DNA of 64,000 bases from Amoebidium appalachense (GCA_963693365.1 CAVNZM010000010.1:8867794-8931793); one strand, 5' to 3'; shown: positions 14,569-28,792, counted from the first letter of the stretch. The notes: generated by a model from the letters alone, not told the origin. Numbers and translations: made by a program.

Positions 14569-15671
14569 ACCCTCCACATATCATCTTAGGACGGTGCTCG
14601 TTCACACCAGAAGTTGAACTAAAGCATCACACGTGCTCAATTTTTCTGCACAAAAACACTACTCCCCACGGGAGGGGGGGGGGGAGCAAAAAGCACACGG
14701 TGGGTCCAGACAGGTGGGATGGAACCTACATGTAATGGAGTGTGGAGGCACATACTCCCCGTTAGCACGCTTGCTCCCTCGGCACCGCCAGAAGGGCTCA
14801 AACAGCTCCCCGGGGTGGAGGAACGGGCAGTCCTTATGTTTCTTGTGGCACTTTGCACCCCCGTGGCACTGTGTCGTTTTATAAATGTCCGGGTGGTAGA
14901 AGAACTCGAGCCCGTTGTCCAGAGCAACAGACTCGGCTGTGTATGCCCAGGGGGGTTGCTCTGAGAGCTCCTTTGTGGCGCGCTTGACACGAGGATCTCT
15001 GCGGCCACTACCGATGTGTCGAGAAAATAGGATTTTGAGCGACTGCTGGGTCTGTTCGTGTGCAATGTCGACTGATGTCTTCTTTCCCTCTGCATCCAAA
15101 AGCCGTTAGAAAACAGCTTACAACACATGTGGTGTGGTACACACCAATCTGGGTTGAAACTCATTGTTATGTCTGTGCATCACAAGTCCGTTCACGTCCT
15201 ATTTCATGATCTCAGCAACAACGAAACGAGCACTTAACGCAAAAGCAAAGGGGAAAGAAAAACCTACAAGAACAGCAAACAACGTATGGATAATAAACCT
15301 CATATAAACTTGAACACCATGTGCGAATGATTTCGATAACAAGGCCTTGTCCAGATCTAAGGAGACAAGCATAAAGGGAAACCTCGCTGACCTTCCTTTG
15401 GTGGTGATGCAGATGAGTTTTTGATCAAGCTGCTACAAGAAATTTTGCATAAGAAAAAGAATATTTATTAGGAAAAAACACTTTGACACCCGCTATCCAG
15501 ACCCGGTTTGTGGGCCACAAACCTGAGGGGGGAGGAAAAGGGGTAGGCTACGGGGTGCCTGGGGGCCAAGTGTGCGCACTTACTCTTCTTCGACTCGACC
15601 ACTTGGAACCCGTCAACGCTCAAACAAGAGGAAGCCTCTGGCGACCTCGCTGAAACGCCGGTAGCCACCAT
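11380..15671 (-). CDS. Multi-exon Unkempt-like tandem CCCH zinc-finger protein with C-terminal SAM domain; exon boundaries only partly resolved
   Basis: Exon-like ORFs: FYHPDIYKTTQC..KC..KHKDCPFLHPGE (~14750-15090), DFKVRENGKCTC..HKRD (~14280-14410), CELYHDESDVR and YKTMLC...C....CTFMHS (~13185-13660), HTWSVDDV (~11940), and SAM-like ..LRAHGVSGSHLAGLDHTQLQAMGVVSFGVRHKLLAAI (11500-11700). Confidence 0.7.
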
Positions 15672-17636
15672 TCTCTCCCTGTGCGTGTGTATAAGACATG
15701 TAAACTAGTGCCCTTTGTCAACCTCAAAACTTTTGAACTTCTGGCAGGGCCTGACAGCTGTATTCATACTGTACCTGGACGATCCTGGGATCGCTTGCGA
15801 TATCAACTATTCTACGCGCCAAATTTACCGGTCTCTGAACTACATGATTTATAGCCACTCAAATAGCTGCTGCTCCTAGGAAAAAGGTTATCATAAGAAT
15901 TGTTTGCCCACAAATACAGGTAATTTTCAACTTATAGGGTCGTAGTTTAGACATGGGGATAAAATCAATGAATCTTTTTTTTTTTTTTGGAAAATGGAGT
16001 GAATTATGTCTCTTGAGCCCTTTCAACGTTTAGGAAGCTACATGTCGCCTCTGTCATAGATTGTGAGAGGAGGGCAGAGACTCGCGTGTCGATGACAGTT
16101 CACAGGCCAATACTATACATGTACTTAGTTACAGGAACACAACAGAAGGTGTATATATTGTACTAATATAGGGTTATATGGCTTACATAGGGTTTTCAGC
16201 TATAAATTAAGTTTAATGCCTACATGCGCAATCGGCCAAACCACATAACTATGCTGTTGTAATAGAAACCACATTTTGCCACGCTCAAGTGAGCCACTGG
16301 GAATTTGCTTTCTCTTTGAAGGCTTTTTGCCGGCTGAGGTTAGCGCAACGAGGCAGTGAGCCCTAGGACGGTAGGCTGTCGGTCCTGAACAGACGAGGTA
16401 CGGAAGGACGAATGCCCACTGTCACGTACGCGTAGGGCAGCTCCCGCTAGCCACTGTGCATGCCCTTTCCAAGCTCTGCTTATGGCAACATGTGTTCACA
16501 TGAGCAGCTTGGGGCTTTCGCAGCTGGCAGCACAGATTTGTCTTTCCCAAATGGATGATGATCTGCATGTGCCGCAGCGCAGCCAGAAAACACACTGTGG
16601 CCATAACCAGGGCAGTTTTTCGGCTGTGTTATTGCAGTTGGCTACGTTCATAACGGTTGGGTTTCATTTTTTTTCGTTTTATCAGTCCAAGCTCGAGGCA
16701 CCGGCTTTTGGAGTGGATCCGATGGGCACCGGCCCCGTGCCCACGAGCTGGGTACCTTTCTTGCGAAGATGACTTGTGCTGTGCTGCTGTATCTTCAGTG
16801 GCCCCATTTGGAACCAAATGTGCAAAACTCGTGTGCATGTTACGCTATCCCTCGTGTACTCTACGATGCTGACGTGTTCATCGTAGTGGTTGCCACCCTA
16901 CCTACAGTACAGTGAGGCACCAGCTGGCACAAAGCTCCACATCTGTTTTTCGGCCTTCTCACAAGGTGGTGATGTGGGCTACACTCCCAGTGGCATCGTC
17001 GCCGGTGTCAGTCACGGTGACTGCTCATTGACGAGTATACACATATACCTGGTGATCTGTGAATCTGTTTATGTGGGCAACGCATCATGCTGCTGTACGT
17101 AGGAATTTGTTTTTGCCATAGTGCCCAAAACCACTCTCTGTGCAAGAACTGCGGGAGCAATACCTCTAACATTAGCTAACACCGCCAACCATATGACCAC
17201 CAATCCCCTCCCCCCCTCCCCCCGCCCCCTCTCCCCTCTTCCCCGCCTTCTCCTTTTCCCTCACCTCTCACTCCACAACCAAGATGGGTTGTGTCCTCAC
17301 CTGAATCCTCGCCAGGGCTGCGCACCCTTCAAAACGGAAGCTTTTCTTATAGAAAGAACCGAAAATGAAACCGGGTGACTCCTCTAGCTTCACCCTCACA
17401 AGGATTAGCTGTTATCGTCGATACATGTGAACAGAAGTCAACTCAGCAGCTACCCAGGTCGTTCGTGAGCTGCACATAGAAACTTCATAGCTAGCTGTGA
17501 TGCTCTCTTCTCTACAGGAACCGGACATCATTGAAGCAGGCTCCTACAGCAGGCTGCACCTTCTTAAGCTGAAAAGCATAGGAAATGGACATATAGTTTC
17601 ACTTCACCATAACAAGACTTTTAGAGAAGGTTGACC

Positions 17637-17667
<31 letters not shown>

Positions 17668-18282
17668 TTCCCCACCTTTCCCCTTTTCCCTGGGAGCACA
17701 CGACCTCCCGTCCTTCCCCTGTGTGGACCTGCCCTAAACACTTTACCAGTGGTAGTTCTGAAACCATTCCAGGGACAAGCCTGTGGTGCAGGTATATGCC
17801 CTGTGCTATAAGCGTTCTCCGAACACACACCAGTTCGTTCACTTATCCCGTTTCACAGCTTGCCCACGAGAACCTGCAGTTCCTACCTGCGTTTGCGCGC
17901 ATGTGAGAGTTGACCCCCCCCCCCCCCCCCCCCCGGCACCCAAAAGCGAAAAGCTCGTATCCAGTGTTAGCGAGAACACTGCCTTCCATGTCCCCTTGCA
18001 GCCCTTCACGGCTGCTTTGTTATAGCAGTGAAACATAACCCAAAGCTATGAGTTTATTTTGCAGTAGCTTGGATAGTAAGCCACGCCCAGATTCAAACAT
18101 CCACACAAAGACAAACTTTGAACCCTACTTGTCATATTCCTTTTTTATGTTATCTACATTCACAAGGTGGTTTTTCAGCTATGAAAACGGAAAAAACTTC
18201 AACTTGCACTTTCATTCCTGCTGATCCCTTCAAGAACTTATCATCTCAACCATTCGGTCTGCCTTCTTACATCTACTCACCC

Positions 18283-18939
18283 CTACTGGCCCAACATACG
18301 CACGACTATATAGGCAAAGATGACCGTTAGCAGAGCAAGTGCCAGGTTTGCCATGCTGCTGTTGAGCTGGCTGGTGCTGCGCCCACCTGCTTGGCACGAC
18401 GTCAGCTGGGGGGCAAAAGACGTCATGTCTGCCCTGCGCCTCCTCTCGGCCTCCTTCTCGAGCTTCTCCGTTAACTCTGGAAACAGAAGGCGGAACTTGG
18501 GGTTGTTGATGTTGTAGTCAGCACTGAGCCAAGCTAGCTCCCTCTTGCGTTGGTCTGTTGTCTCAATGCTACCCGTAGTCGGTGTAGTCTCTAACATGAA
18601 CGAAAGAAGGCCCACAAGCGCAGTTGACACACCCCAATTCGGGTTCCAGTTTTCTGGGTGAAAGTCGCTAAGAGACAGGCAGAGTCTTGCGTTGCACTTG
18701 AACCGACCTGAAGGGGTTATCATCATAATTGCTGGCGGTTTGTATGGGTATTCCTTTGGAAAAATCAGCCTGCCATGATAGTAGCCGCCTTGATACACAG
18801 TGTTCTCGGGCCCTGCAACACAAAAGTGCCATTCGAGAATGTTTGAAGGAAGGGGGACAGCTGTGATGTAGGGTGGAGGGTCGCGTGAAATCTTTAAAAA
18901 CTCGCGCTGCAAACGCTTGTGCGAGGCCTCTGTAGCCAT
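18283..18939 (-). CDS. UBE2J2: ER tail-anchored ubiquitin-conjugating enzyme E2 J2 / Ubc6, intronless
   Basis: MATEASHKRLQREF..P.PSNILEWHF...GPENTVYQGGYYHGRLIFPKEYPYKPPAIMMITPSGRF...RLCLSLSDFHPENWNP.W.VST.L.GLLSFM...TTGSI, with a C-terminal TM anchor. Confidence 0.96.
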   Translation of the reverse strand: MATEASHKRLQREFLKISRDPPPYITAVPLPSNILEWHFCVAGPENTVYQGGYYHGRLIFPKEYPYKPPAIMMITPSGRFKCNARLCLSLSDFHPENWNPNWGVSTALVGLLSFMLETTPTTGSIETTDQRKRELAWLSADYNINNPKFRLLFPELTEKLEKEAERRRRADMTSFAPQLTSCQAGGRSTSQLNSSMANLALALLTVIFAYIVVRMLGQ

Positions 18940-19875
18940 TATTAGGGATAAAAGCTGCCTTTCAGCAAGCAAAAACGCTTGCCCCGAAACTTAACAAAAA
19001 AAGGAGAAGATCAACGGTAAAAAGTACGCAAAATCGTTGCCAAGCTAGGCCACAAAAGCTCGCCCAAAAAAAAAAAAAAAAGCGCCGTATGATTTCCTGC
19101 CCCGAGAGTTGTGGCCCTCACGTCCCCGTCACATGAAGGGCTGCGGTTCTGTCGCGAGGTGTTCAAACATTAGATACAAACATTTGTTGTAGTGTGGGGT
19201 TTGACTCTACTTTGTAAGTAGAAAAGGGGGATTTAACAAGGAAAATGTAAGCATACTGCTAAAAACGATAGGTAGCTTGTGATTTTCAAGAGCAGATTGC
19301 GGATCTGCGAGATTCCACTACAACCATATGTGGTCACCTGTCAATATATTCGATTGGTTAACTTTTCGAAACGAAACTTGAGTGGTGTTTTGTCACACAC
19401 AAGATCAGAATGTGCCACACTGTATATTGGAAGGGCAGCTTCTGAATGGCTACATGTCACAGTTAGGCAATAGGGGCCTAACATCTATGCACCAATCAAA
19501 TACCATCGTACATTACCTAATCGGTTCAAAGCTCCCCCGCAGATTTTTGAATGAATGGAAACTTTCGAAACGAAACTTCGGGGGATGGAGACAGAGAGAA
19601 AGTGAGCGAGGGAGGGAAAGCCTGATGGCTCGCAGGGGCGGACGTCAAATTCCGAACATGTTCGAGCGGCACAATCAATAGATATAGGCCTGATTTTGCT
19701 GGTCAGTGCAAGGCTTTTCGTTTTAAGCCGATGAGCACTGTTGAGCTTACAGAGTGTAGCCAACCAATTAACCAAAGCGATATTCAAAAGGTTATCGTTT
19801 CTTCTTTGGGCTACTGTAAGGCGGAGGGACCTTGCGTTAAAGAAATAGTAGTGGCAATAAGGCATTGTAACCGCC

Positions 19876-22800
19876 ATGGCAGTTCTGTGGGTCCTCGTGC
19901 TGTGCCTAGTGGCTGCCGTGTGGTGGCTGAGGAGAAAAGGTACTTACCTTCTTAGCAACCTTGCTGCTTGGGTTGCTTCTTCTGTTACAGGGCAAAAGCT
20001 CTACTCCCTCCTCCATTCACTTCTGCACTGCAAATTGAACCCCTGTCTCCCCTTTCTCTCTGACTCTCTTTTAGTCCAGTTTGTTTGGGCTTCCAAGCAG
20101 CCTCAATAAAGTGCACACAACCAAACACTTCTCGTGCGGTTCTCGCGGGTCCACTCTGTTGTTTCTGGCATATGACCCCTCCCCCCTCCCCCCCCTCCCT
20201 CCCTCTCTCGACCCGATTTCCCCTCCGCCCCACGGCCTCAACAGCCAAACACCATGCTCTTTCACACACCAAAAAGCACAAATCTGGATGATTGCACTTA
20301 AGGTTGTGCCCGTCTCCACTTACAGGGCAACAGGTTGCCCTCTTCACTTCTTTGCTTGCCTACCTGCCCTCCCCCCCCCCCCCTCCCCCCTCCCCCCACC
20401 CGTCCGACCCCTTTTATCCCCCCCCCCCCTCCCCCCGCCCCTTCCATCTCCCCCCCCCCCCCTCCCCCCCCCCCCCCCTCCCCCCTCGCCCCCAACCTTG
20501 CGCCCCTCCCCCGGAGATGACCACGCTTAGAGGTGGGCCCGTCTCCACTTACAGGATGCTCCCTTACTTCTGTGCTTGCCTATCTGCCCCCTCCCCTCCC
20601 CCCCCTCCCCCCTCTATCCTCTCCCCCTCTACCCTCTCCCCCCTCCTTTCCACCACTCCCTCTCCACCTCCCCCTCCCCCCCTTTTCCCCGCCCCCGCCC
20701 CCTTCTATCCTCACCCTCCCTCCCTTCAACCCCTCACCCCCCTTTCCCCCTTCCTTCCCCCCTCCCCCTTCCCCCTTCCTTGGCGACACTCACTCCCGGC
20801 CTTCTTAACTTTTGCCACCCTCTATAACTTATAAAATTTTCCACTCTACCCCTCCCCCCCCCCCCCCCCCCCCCCCAGCGCCTGCCCCATTAACTTTTGC
20901 ACCACGGAAGCATGAGGCCTCTAGTGGTTACGGAACTTTCCTCCTTTTTCTCTTGTCCTTTGGCAAGTCACCCCCCTCCCCCCAGCGCCTGCCCCAATAA
21001 CTTTTGCACCACGGAAGCATGAGGCTTCTAGTGGTTACGGGACTTTCCTCCTTTTTCCTCTTGTCCTTTGGCAAGTCACCCCCCTCCCCCCAGCGCCTGC
21101 CCCAATAGCTTTTGCACCACGGAAGCATGAGGCTTCTAGTGGTTACGGGACTTTCCTCCTTTTTCCTCTGGTCCTTTGGCAAGTCACGTATTGTACCAGT
21201 TTGTTCCTCTGTAAACCCCCCCCCCCCCCCCCCCCCCTGATTTGTACCGCATGCGTGTCAAAGGCCACCCCTGCTCGCTTTAGCCCGCACCAAAAAACCA
21301 TTTAAGTTTGCCACACATCGCCTTCTTTGTTCCCAACCCCCTTCCCGTCCTCACCCATACCCCCCTTCCTCCCAGGCCGTGAGCGGCATGCCTATGTTGT
21401 GGTGCTGGGGGACTTTGGCCGTAGTCCCCGCATGCAGTTCCATGCGGCATCATTGGCCCGCCATGGCTTCCACGTGCACGTCATTGCATATGCAGGTGGG
21501 TGCTTAGCATGTTCTATTTGGGTATGTGGGTGGGGGTTTGTGGGCATGGTGGTGGTTGTGTTCGTGGTAAGAATGGTGTCTGGAGGGGAAGGAGGGGATT
21601 GGGTGGTTGGGTGTGGTGTGAAAGTGTGAGTGTGTGTGGTGGTGGTGATGGGGGGAAGGGGAGGGGTTTTTTGGGGGGGGGATACGGGGGTTTGCAGAGT
21701 GTTTGGGGTTCACATGGCTGGAACCCACTTCATCACACATGTTGTGGGTTGGAAAAGAAGAACTGTGCCCGATAGCAGTGCATGGTCAGGACATGCACCC
21801 TATGCTGAGGGTGTTGGGCTGCAGGCAGCAAACCCCACGATCACGTGGCCAGCAACCAACACATCACAATGCATGCCCTGAGAGAGCCAAAGCGCCTGCC
21901 CCCAGGTCTGTAGCCGCCCCCTCCCCCCCTTCCCGTGCCTCTGCATTGTGTCGCCTGTGATCAATGCGTGCTTCGTACTTAAATTAACGCATTATAAACC
22001 CCCCTTTCGCCTTTCCCCTATTCCCTTCCTCGCCTTTTCCACCGCCCCTTTCAACCTCCCTTTGCATGGCACATCCATGGCATACATACACCCACAAGAA
22101 CATACACGTGCACACACTTGATGGCATAGAAACCGATCACGCGCTTTTCCCGCCCTGTGCCATCACAAACACACGTCTCCTCTTTCCCTATTTTTGTGGT
22201 GTGCTGATCTGCTTGTCTAGGCACTGCCCGTGCGCTGTTCCTTCTGTATGCGCCCATCAAGGTGGTCTACCAGCTGGTGCAGCTCATGGCCTACCTGCTG
22301 CTGCTGCCCACGCCATCACACATCCTGGTCCAGGTACATACCAACCCTCCCCCTCTCCCCCCCCCCCCCCCCTTCTCCTCCCTTCCTTACTTACCTCGTT
22401 CTCCCCCCCTCCCCCCGCCGCCTTCACAGGATGTGCTCTGCTTGTTATGCATACTCTTTATGTGCGGTTTGTACTCTGCATTACGTTGCCCGCTTCGAAT
22501 GTGTACTTCGTATTCTATAACACATTCTTCCACCCCTTCCCTCCCCCCCCCTCCGCCCACCCCCCCACACACATACTCTCGCATACACCTAATCCCCCAT
22601 CTTCGGGGCCAACACACACACCACTGTGCCAGCCTGTTCCTTGCCCCTTGCAACCATGGCCCTGCCTTCCCTCCCTGCCCACACTATTTGGCCCCCACTG
22701 TCACTCCCTGATAGGCGCTGCAAGCATGTACGTGCACCTGCCCTGCATACCAACCACGCACATGCACACACGTGCTCACACAGCCCGCTAACCAGCCACC

Positions 22801-23183
22801 ACCGCCATACAGAACCCACCATCTATCCCCACATTGGCGTGTGTGTGGGTGGCCAGCACGGTTCGTGGTGCCAGGGGGGTAGTGGACTGGCACAACTTTG
22901 GCTACACCATTCTGGCCATGAACCTCGGGAGTAAAAGTCCGGTGGTGCGCATCCACGAGGTGTTTGAGAGTTTCTTTGGGGCCATGTGCCATGCCCATCT
23001 GTGTGTGACAAACGCCATGAAGGAGTGGCTGGCCACTAACTGGGCTATAAGGTGTGCAGGTGCATGCATGTGCATGCAGGGCGCGCGCGCGCGCACACAC
23101 ACACACACACACTCACACTCACACTCACACTCACACTCACACTCACACACACTCACACTCACACTCACACTCACACTCACACT

Positions 23184-23258
<75 letters not shown>

Positions 23259-23291
23259 TCACTCACACTCACACTCACACTCACATCCACA

Positions 23292-23376
<85 letters not shown>

Positions 23377-23540
23377 TTACACACACACACACACACACTC
23401 TCACACACACACTCACTCACACACACACTCACACATACACACACACACACACACACTCACACTCACACTCACACTCACACTCACATCCACACTCACACAC
23501 TCACACTCACACACACACACACACACACACTCACACACAC

Positions 23541-23610
<70 letters not shown>

Positions 23611-23654
23611 TTACACACACACACACACACACACGCATTTACACACACACACAC

Positions 23655-23706
<52 letters not shown>

Positions 23707-24099
23707 TTACACACATTTACACACAGGCGCGCACACACCAACTTGGTACACTTTTTCACCCAACCACACAGAGGGAGAGATGAGGAAAGAGTCAGTTCAT
23801 GCTTGTGCCTATTTCCCCCACACAGTCATGATACTCGTACGTAGAGAGATACCGGGAGTAGACCTGACGTCGAAACTTTATTGGCTAAATGGTTTGCTAG
23901 AGACAGCAAGTAGGGAATGTGTGTGTGTGTGTGTGTGTGTGTGGTGGGGGGGGGGGGGGGGGGGGGGGGTTCAAAACTTGTGAACAGTTGAGCCTGGTTT
24001 CCATCGTAGTTGAGAAATGGATGGAGCATGCAAACCTTTGGGGGAGGTGTATAGGAAGGAGGCGATGGCTCCCGCGGGAGGAGAAGGGGCCTTGCGGGG

Positions 24100-24148
<49 letters not shown>

Positions 24149-26469
24149 GTGAGGACTCATGGTGGTGCACTCTAGGGCTGTGACGCTTTATGACCGGGCA
24201 CCGAGTTTCTTCGGGCGGCTGGATGTCTCTGACAGTCACAAGGTGTGTTGCGTTGCCATACACTGGCCTGCCAGCGTCGTGCCGGCCCTCTGTGTGTGTT
24301 TGCATGTGTTCTACCATTGCCTATTCATCTTCCCACCCTATCCTGGTCAAAGCATGTCTGGGCGCTTTCTGGTTCTGGTTGTCCATGTTTGCATTTTTTA
24401 TTTTTTTTTCCCCCACCCAAAAGTTACAGTAAGCGCCCCCTCCCCTCCCCCGCCCCCCTCCCCCCCCCCTCCCCTCCCCCCGTCCCCCCTCCCCCACCCC
24501 CCCCCCCCCTTCCCCCCCGGGGCATATCCCTGTGTTTTGCACGCATGCACTCCCCTGCGGACATTGAGGCACTCACATCTACGCGTGCAGGCACCCACAC
24601 CAACACACACAAACACACAGACATGCACGCACATGCACGCACCCCCCCCCCCCCCCCCCCCCCCCCCCCCGCCCTTTGGGGTTTGTCCGCGTGGATGTGT
24701 ACTTCGTACGCTATGGGTTATTCTAACCCCACCCTTTCCTGCCCCACTTCCCCCTTCCCCCCCCCTTCCCCCCCCCCCCCCCCCCCCCCACACACACACA
24801 CATACAGCTATACGTCAAGCTCAGTGCGGAGAATGGGGGTGTGTTTGGGCCACCAGATGCCAATATCTTCACAATGGTGGATGCATCGGGCACTCCGAAA
24901 GAGAGGTCTGTGACACCCCATGCTAGCTGCATGGTGCAAGCACAGGAGGCTTGTCGCGGTTGTACCCTCCTCGTTCTACATAGTTTGTACCGTGACTGCA
25001 CGAGAGGGTCATGTGCATGGCCGTGTGCCTTCCTTTTTGGCTGCATGCACTGCATGCCCCCCCTTTCTGTTTTCTGACCGTATCCGCATGCACTGTATGC
25101 CCTCCCCCCCCCCTCTTTCTGTTTTCTGACCGTATCTGCATGCACTGCATGCCCCCCCCTTTCTGTTTTCTGACCGTATCTGCATGCACTGCATGCCCCC
25201 CCCTTTCTGTTTTCTGACCGTATCTATACTGTATGCCCCCCTCTTTCTGTTTTCTGACCGTATCTGCATGCACTGCATGCCCCCCCTTTCTGTTTTCTGA
25301 CCGTATCTGCATGCACTGCATGCCCCCCCCCTTTCTGTTTTCTGACCGTATCTATACTGTATGCCCCCCTTTCTGTTTTCTGACCGTATCTGCATGCACT
25401 GTATGCCCCCCCCTTTCTGTTTTCTGACCGCACCTGCATGCACTGTATGCCCCCCCTTTCTGTTTTCTGACCGTATCTGCATGCACTGTATGCCCCCCCT
25501 TTCTGTTTTCTGACCGCACCTGCATGCACTGTATGCCCCCCCCTTTCTGTTTTCTGACCGTATCTGCATGCACTGTATGCCCCCAATTTCTGTTTTCTGA
25601 CCGTATCTACAGGGCTGACCGGCCAGCACTGGTGGTCAGCAGCACCTCGTGGACAGACGATGAGGATTTTGGCGTATTGTTGGCGGGTGGGTGCATGGGT
25701 GTACAGTGTGTGGGGGAGTAGTGCATGGGTGTGTGTGTGGAATAGGTGTATGGGTTTGTGTGGGGGAAGACGTGCCTGCATGTGTGGAAGTAAGTGCATG
25801 GGTGGGTGGGTGGGTGCATGGGGCAATAGTGCAGTGGGTGTCTGCCTGTTACCACTGCTTGTGCATGCACTACTTACTGGTGTATCGGCTGATTGGGTCG
25901 ACTTTCAGCGCTGGAGGGCTATGAGGAGAGAAAGAAGGCTGGCGCCACTCTGCCCGATATCGTTTGTGTTATCACAGGTCAGCCATCCCCGCCCCCCCCC
26001 CCCCCCCCCCCCCCCCCTTCCCCCTCCCCCCATCCACTCACCCACCCACCCATCCCTCTGCCCCTCTCCCAACGGCCCCCTCTCTCCACACACACACACA
26101 GACAGGGAGCTTTCTCTTTCTTCCCCTATTTCTTGGAACGAATCCATCACACACAGAAGCAACACGGTCTGCTCTCAAACCACTAAGTGCTGTCAGGTGT
26201 GGGGGCTGACTGGTGGGTGTGCAGGCAAGGGGCCTAATCGGGCAAAGTACGAGGCACGGATCAAGGCGAGGGCTATGAAGGTGAGTGCACGTGCATGCAC
26301 GCTCACACAGCACACACGTAGACACACATGCAGTATGCATGCATGCATGCAGACACCTATGCACGGAGAGAGAGAGGGTGTGTGTGTGTGTGTGGCACAC
26401 ATCTACAGGTGCACAGCCAGACACCTATGCACGGAGAGAGGGAGTGAGAGAGGGTGTGTGTGTGTTTGT

Positions 26470-26502
<33 letters not shown>

Positions 26503-27070
26503 GGGGACATACAGATAAATTAAAGCTTCTTGACACGATAGTGACCTGCAACGAGCATTTATTACGTTTTTAGTGTGCACACACGAGCAATATCCATTGG
26601 TTGCTACAAAAAAAAAAAAAACATGCACCTTCGTCATAATTTCGTGTACCAAGCATGTGAGCAATCTTGTGAGCCATTGTTTTTTAAACAACTTCCTTTC
26701 ATCTGCGCCCCATTCCTTGCATCACAGGGCCTTTCCATACACATACACACGGGCGCGGACACACGTACGTGTGCACACAAACCCACACACATTCCTATCT
26801 TCACACACACACTTTTCCCCACAGCACGTGACGATCCACACCATGTGGGTGAGTGCTGAGGACTACCCCAGATTGCTGGGTATACCCCCCCCCCCCCCCC
26901 CCCCTCCCCCCCCTCCTCGAATCCCAGCACATGCCAACAGCAGGGTTCCTAGCTCCCCCTAATGTGTATTGTGAACTGGCCAGCATCAGCCAGCGTGCAT
27001 TACTGATGTGGTTTTCTGGTTGGTCTTGTTTGCTTTGGTTGGTAAAGGAAATGGGGAGGGGGAGGGGGAG

Positions 27071-27162
<92 letters not shown>

Positions 27163-28514
27163 TGGCGGTGGTGGTGGGGTTGGATATTGAGATGGGGTTG
27201 GATGGGGGGAGGGGATGGGGGGGGGGGGGGGGGGGGGTGATGGGGGGGATGGAATTGGTATGGTCATGCAGGGTTGCAAAGTGTTACGGGGAGTGGTGTC
27301 TAAGGGCGGTGTGCAGGGGCTGCCGACCTTGGGGTGTCACTGCACTGGTCGTCAAGTGGGCTGGATCTGCCCATGAAGGTCGTGGATATGTTTGGCTGCG
27401 GCCTGCCTGTGTGTGCTGTGAACTTCAACTGGTATGTGCCTGCACAGATGCACAGGAACACGGGTGCACAGGCGCACACGGGCACCGGCACACAGCTGCA
27501 CAGTCAAACATATACACGGGCATACACATGCACAGGCAGACACGGATACAGGCACACACATGAATTTCAATGGCACAGATGTTCACCATTACGGGCACAC
27601 ACATAAATTTCAATGGCACAGATGTACACCATCACGGGCACACACACGCACAGGCACACGTGCATGCACACACACGTGCATAGACACACGTGGGCGGGCA
27701 CACGCCACAAATGCATTTTTACGGACACATATAGAGGGCACGTGCTTTGCAATGAACATATGGCCATGGCTCCAACACACACAGCACGTGTCAACATGGG
27801 TTCAGTTAGTGAGTGCCAAGGATATCCATGTATCCCCATCCCCCCCACCCTCTCTCCCCCCTCCTGAAACATTGGCATTCACTAACTGATTCATGTACAC
27901 TACACCATCATAACAGTAAGGTGGACACCACCCTTCAGCGTTTGCACCCAGACACCCACACAGCTGCACACATCCACACCAACACACGCGCACAAACACA
28001 CACAAATCCCTGCACACACACACACGCACACACACACACACACAGTCTACACGAGCTCGTGCAAGACGGCAAGAATGGGCTCGTGTTTAGAGACACACCA
28101 GACCTCCTGCAATGCCTCCTGGTAACCCCCCCCCCCCCCCCCCCAACCCCCCCCCCCCCACACACACACCCAAAAAAAAAAATACAAAATAAAAAAAGAG
28201 AAAGAAGAAAGAAAGAAGGGGAAAAAGAAAAAGACCCCCCCCCCCCCCCCACCCACCCACCCACCCACCCAAACACAGTTTAAGAATGCCCGTGGGACCC
28301 TCAGAAGCACATGACCATCGGCAATACCCTGACCGGCACTTTTATACATGGCCCGTGTCTTTGTGCAGATATTAGGTATGGTGTGCGCAGGCTTGTGCGG
28401 GGGTGCATGCCGCACCCATGTATTCACCTCAATTGCGTTCGTGTGTGTTGTATGCACGCTTCAGGCGTTCAGTTTTCTAATGTGGTAATGTGTCCTGGTA
28501 TGTAGGCCGTGTAT

Positions 28515-28563
<49 letters not shown>

Positions 28564-28792
28564 ACCCCCACCCCACCCTCCCCCCACTCTCCCATGCAGC
28601 TCTCCCCTCCCACCGACTTCTGATGCTGTGGCGCCATGTAGTGCTAACCTCTGTCCATCCCCTCAGACCCTACTTGAGGACTTCCACCAAGGAGCCGCCA
28701 AGCTGCAGAAGCTTCGAGAAGGTGTGGCTGAGTTCCAGAAGGTTCGGTGGGACGAGTCGTGGGACAAGAATGCACTGCCCCTGTTCTCATAG
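19876..28792 (+). CDS. ALG1: Chitobiosyldiphosphodolichol beta-mannosyltransferase (14 exons: 19876-19939, 21376-21495, 21825-21905, 22221-22333, 22813-23051, 24176-24242, 24808-24905, 25613-25686, 25909-25977, 26225-26280, 26825-26879, 27317-27431, 28046-28121, 28667-28792)
   Basis: ALG1 motifs in order across GT-AG-bounded exons: [122 protein letters not shown]. Confidence 0.96.
20872..21187. repeat. Three tandem copies of a ~107-bp unit in ALG1 intron 1
   Basis: cccagcgcctgcccc..cttttgcaccacggaagcatgaggc.tctagtggttacgg...tcctttggcaagtcac occurs three times. Confidence 0.9.
25042..25612 (+). repeat. Minisatellite, ~13 copies of a ~43-bp unit, forming the 3' end of an ALG1 intron
   Basis: Unit gcatgcactgyatgcccccctttctgttttctgaccgtatct. 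Only the last copy ends in tacag, the acceptor of the exon at 25613. Confidence 0.9.
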
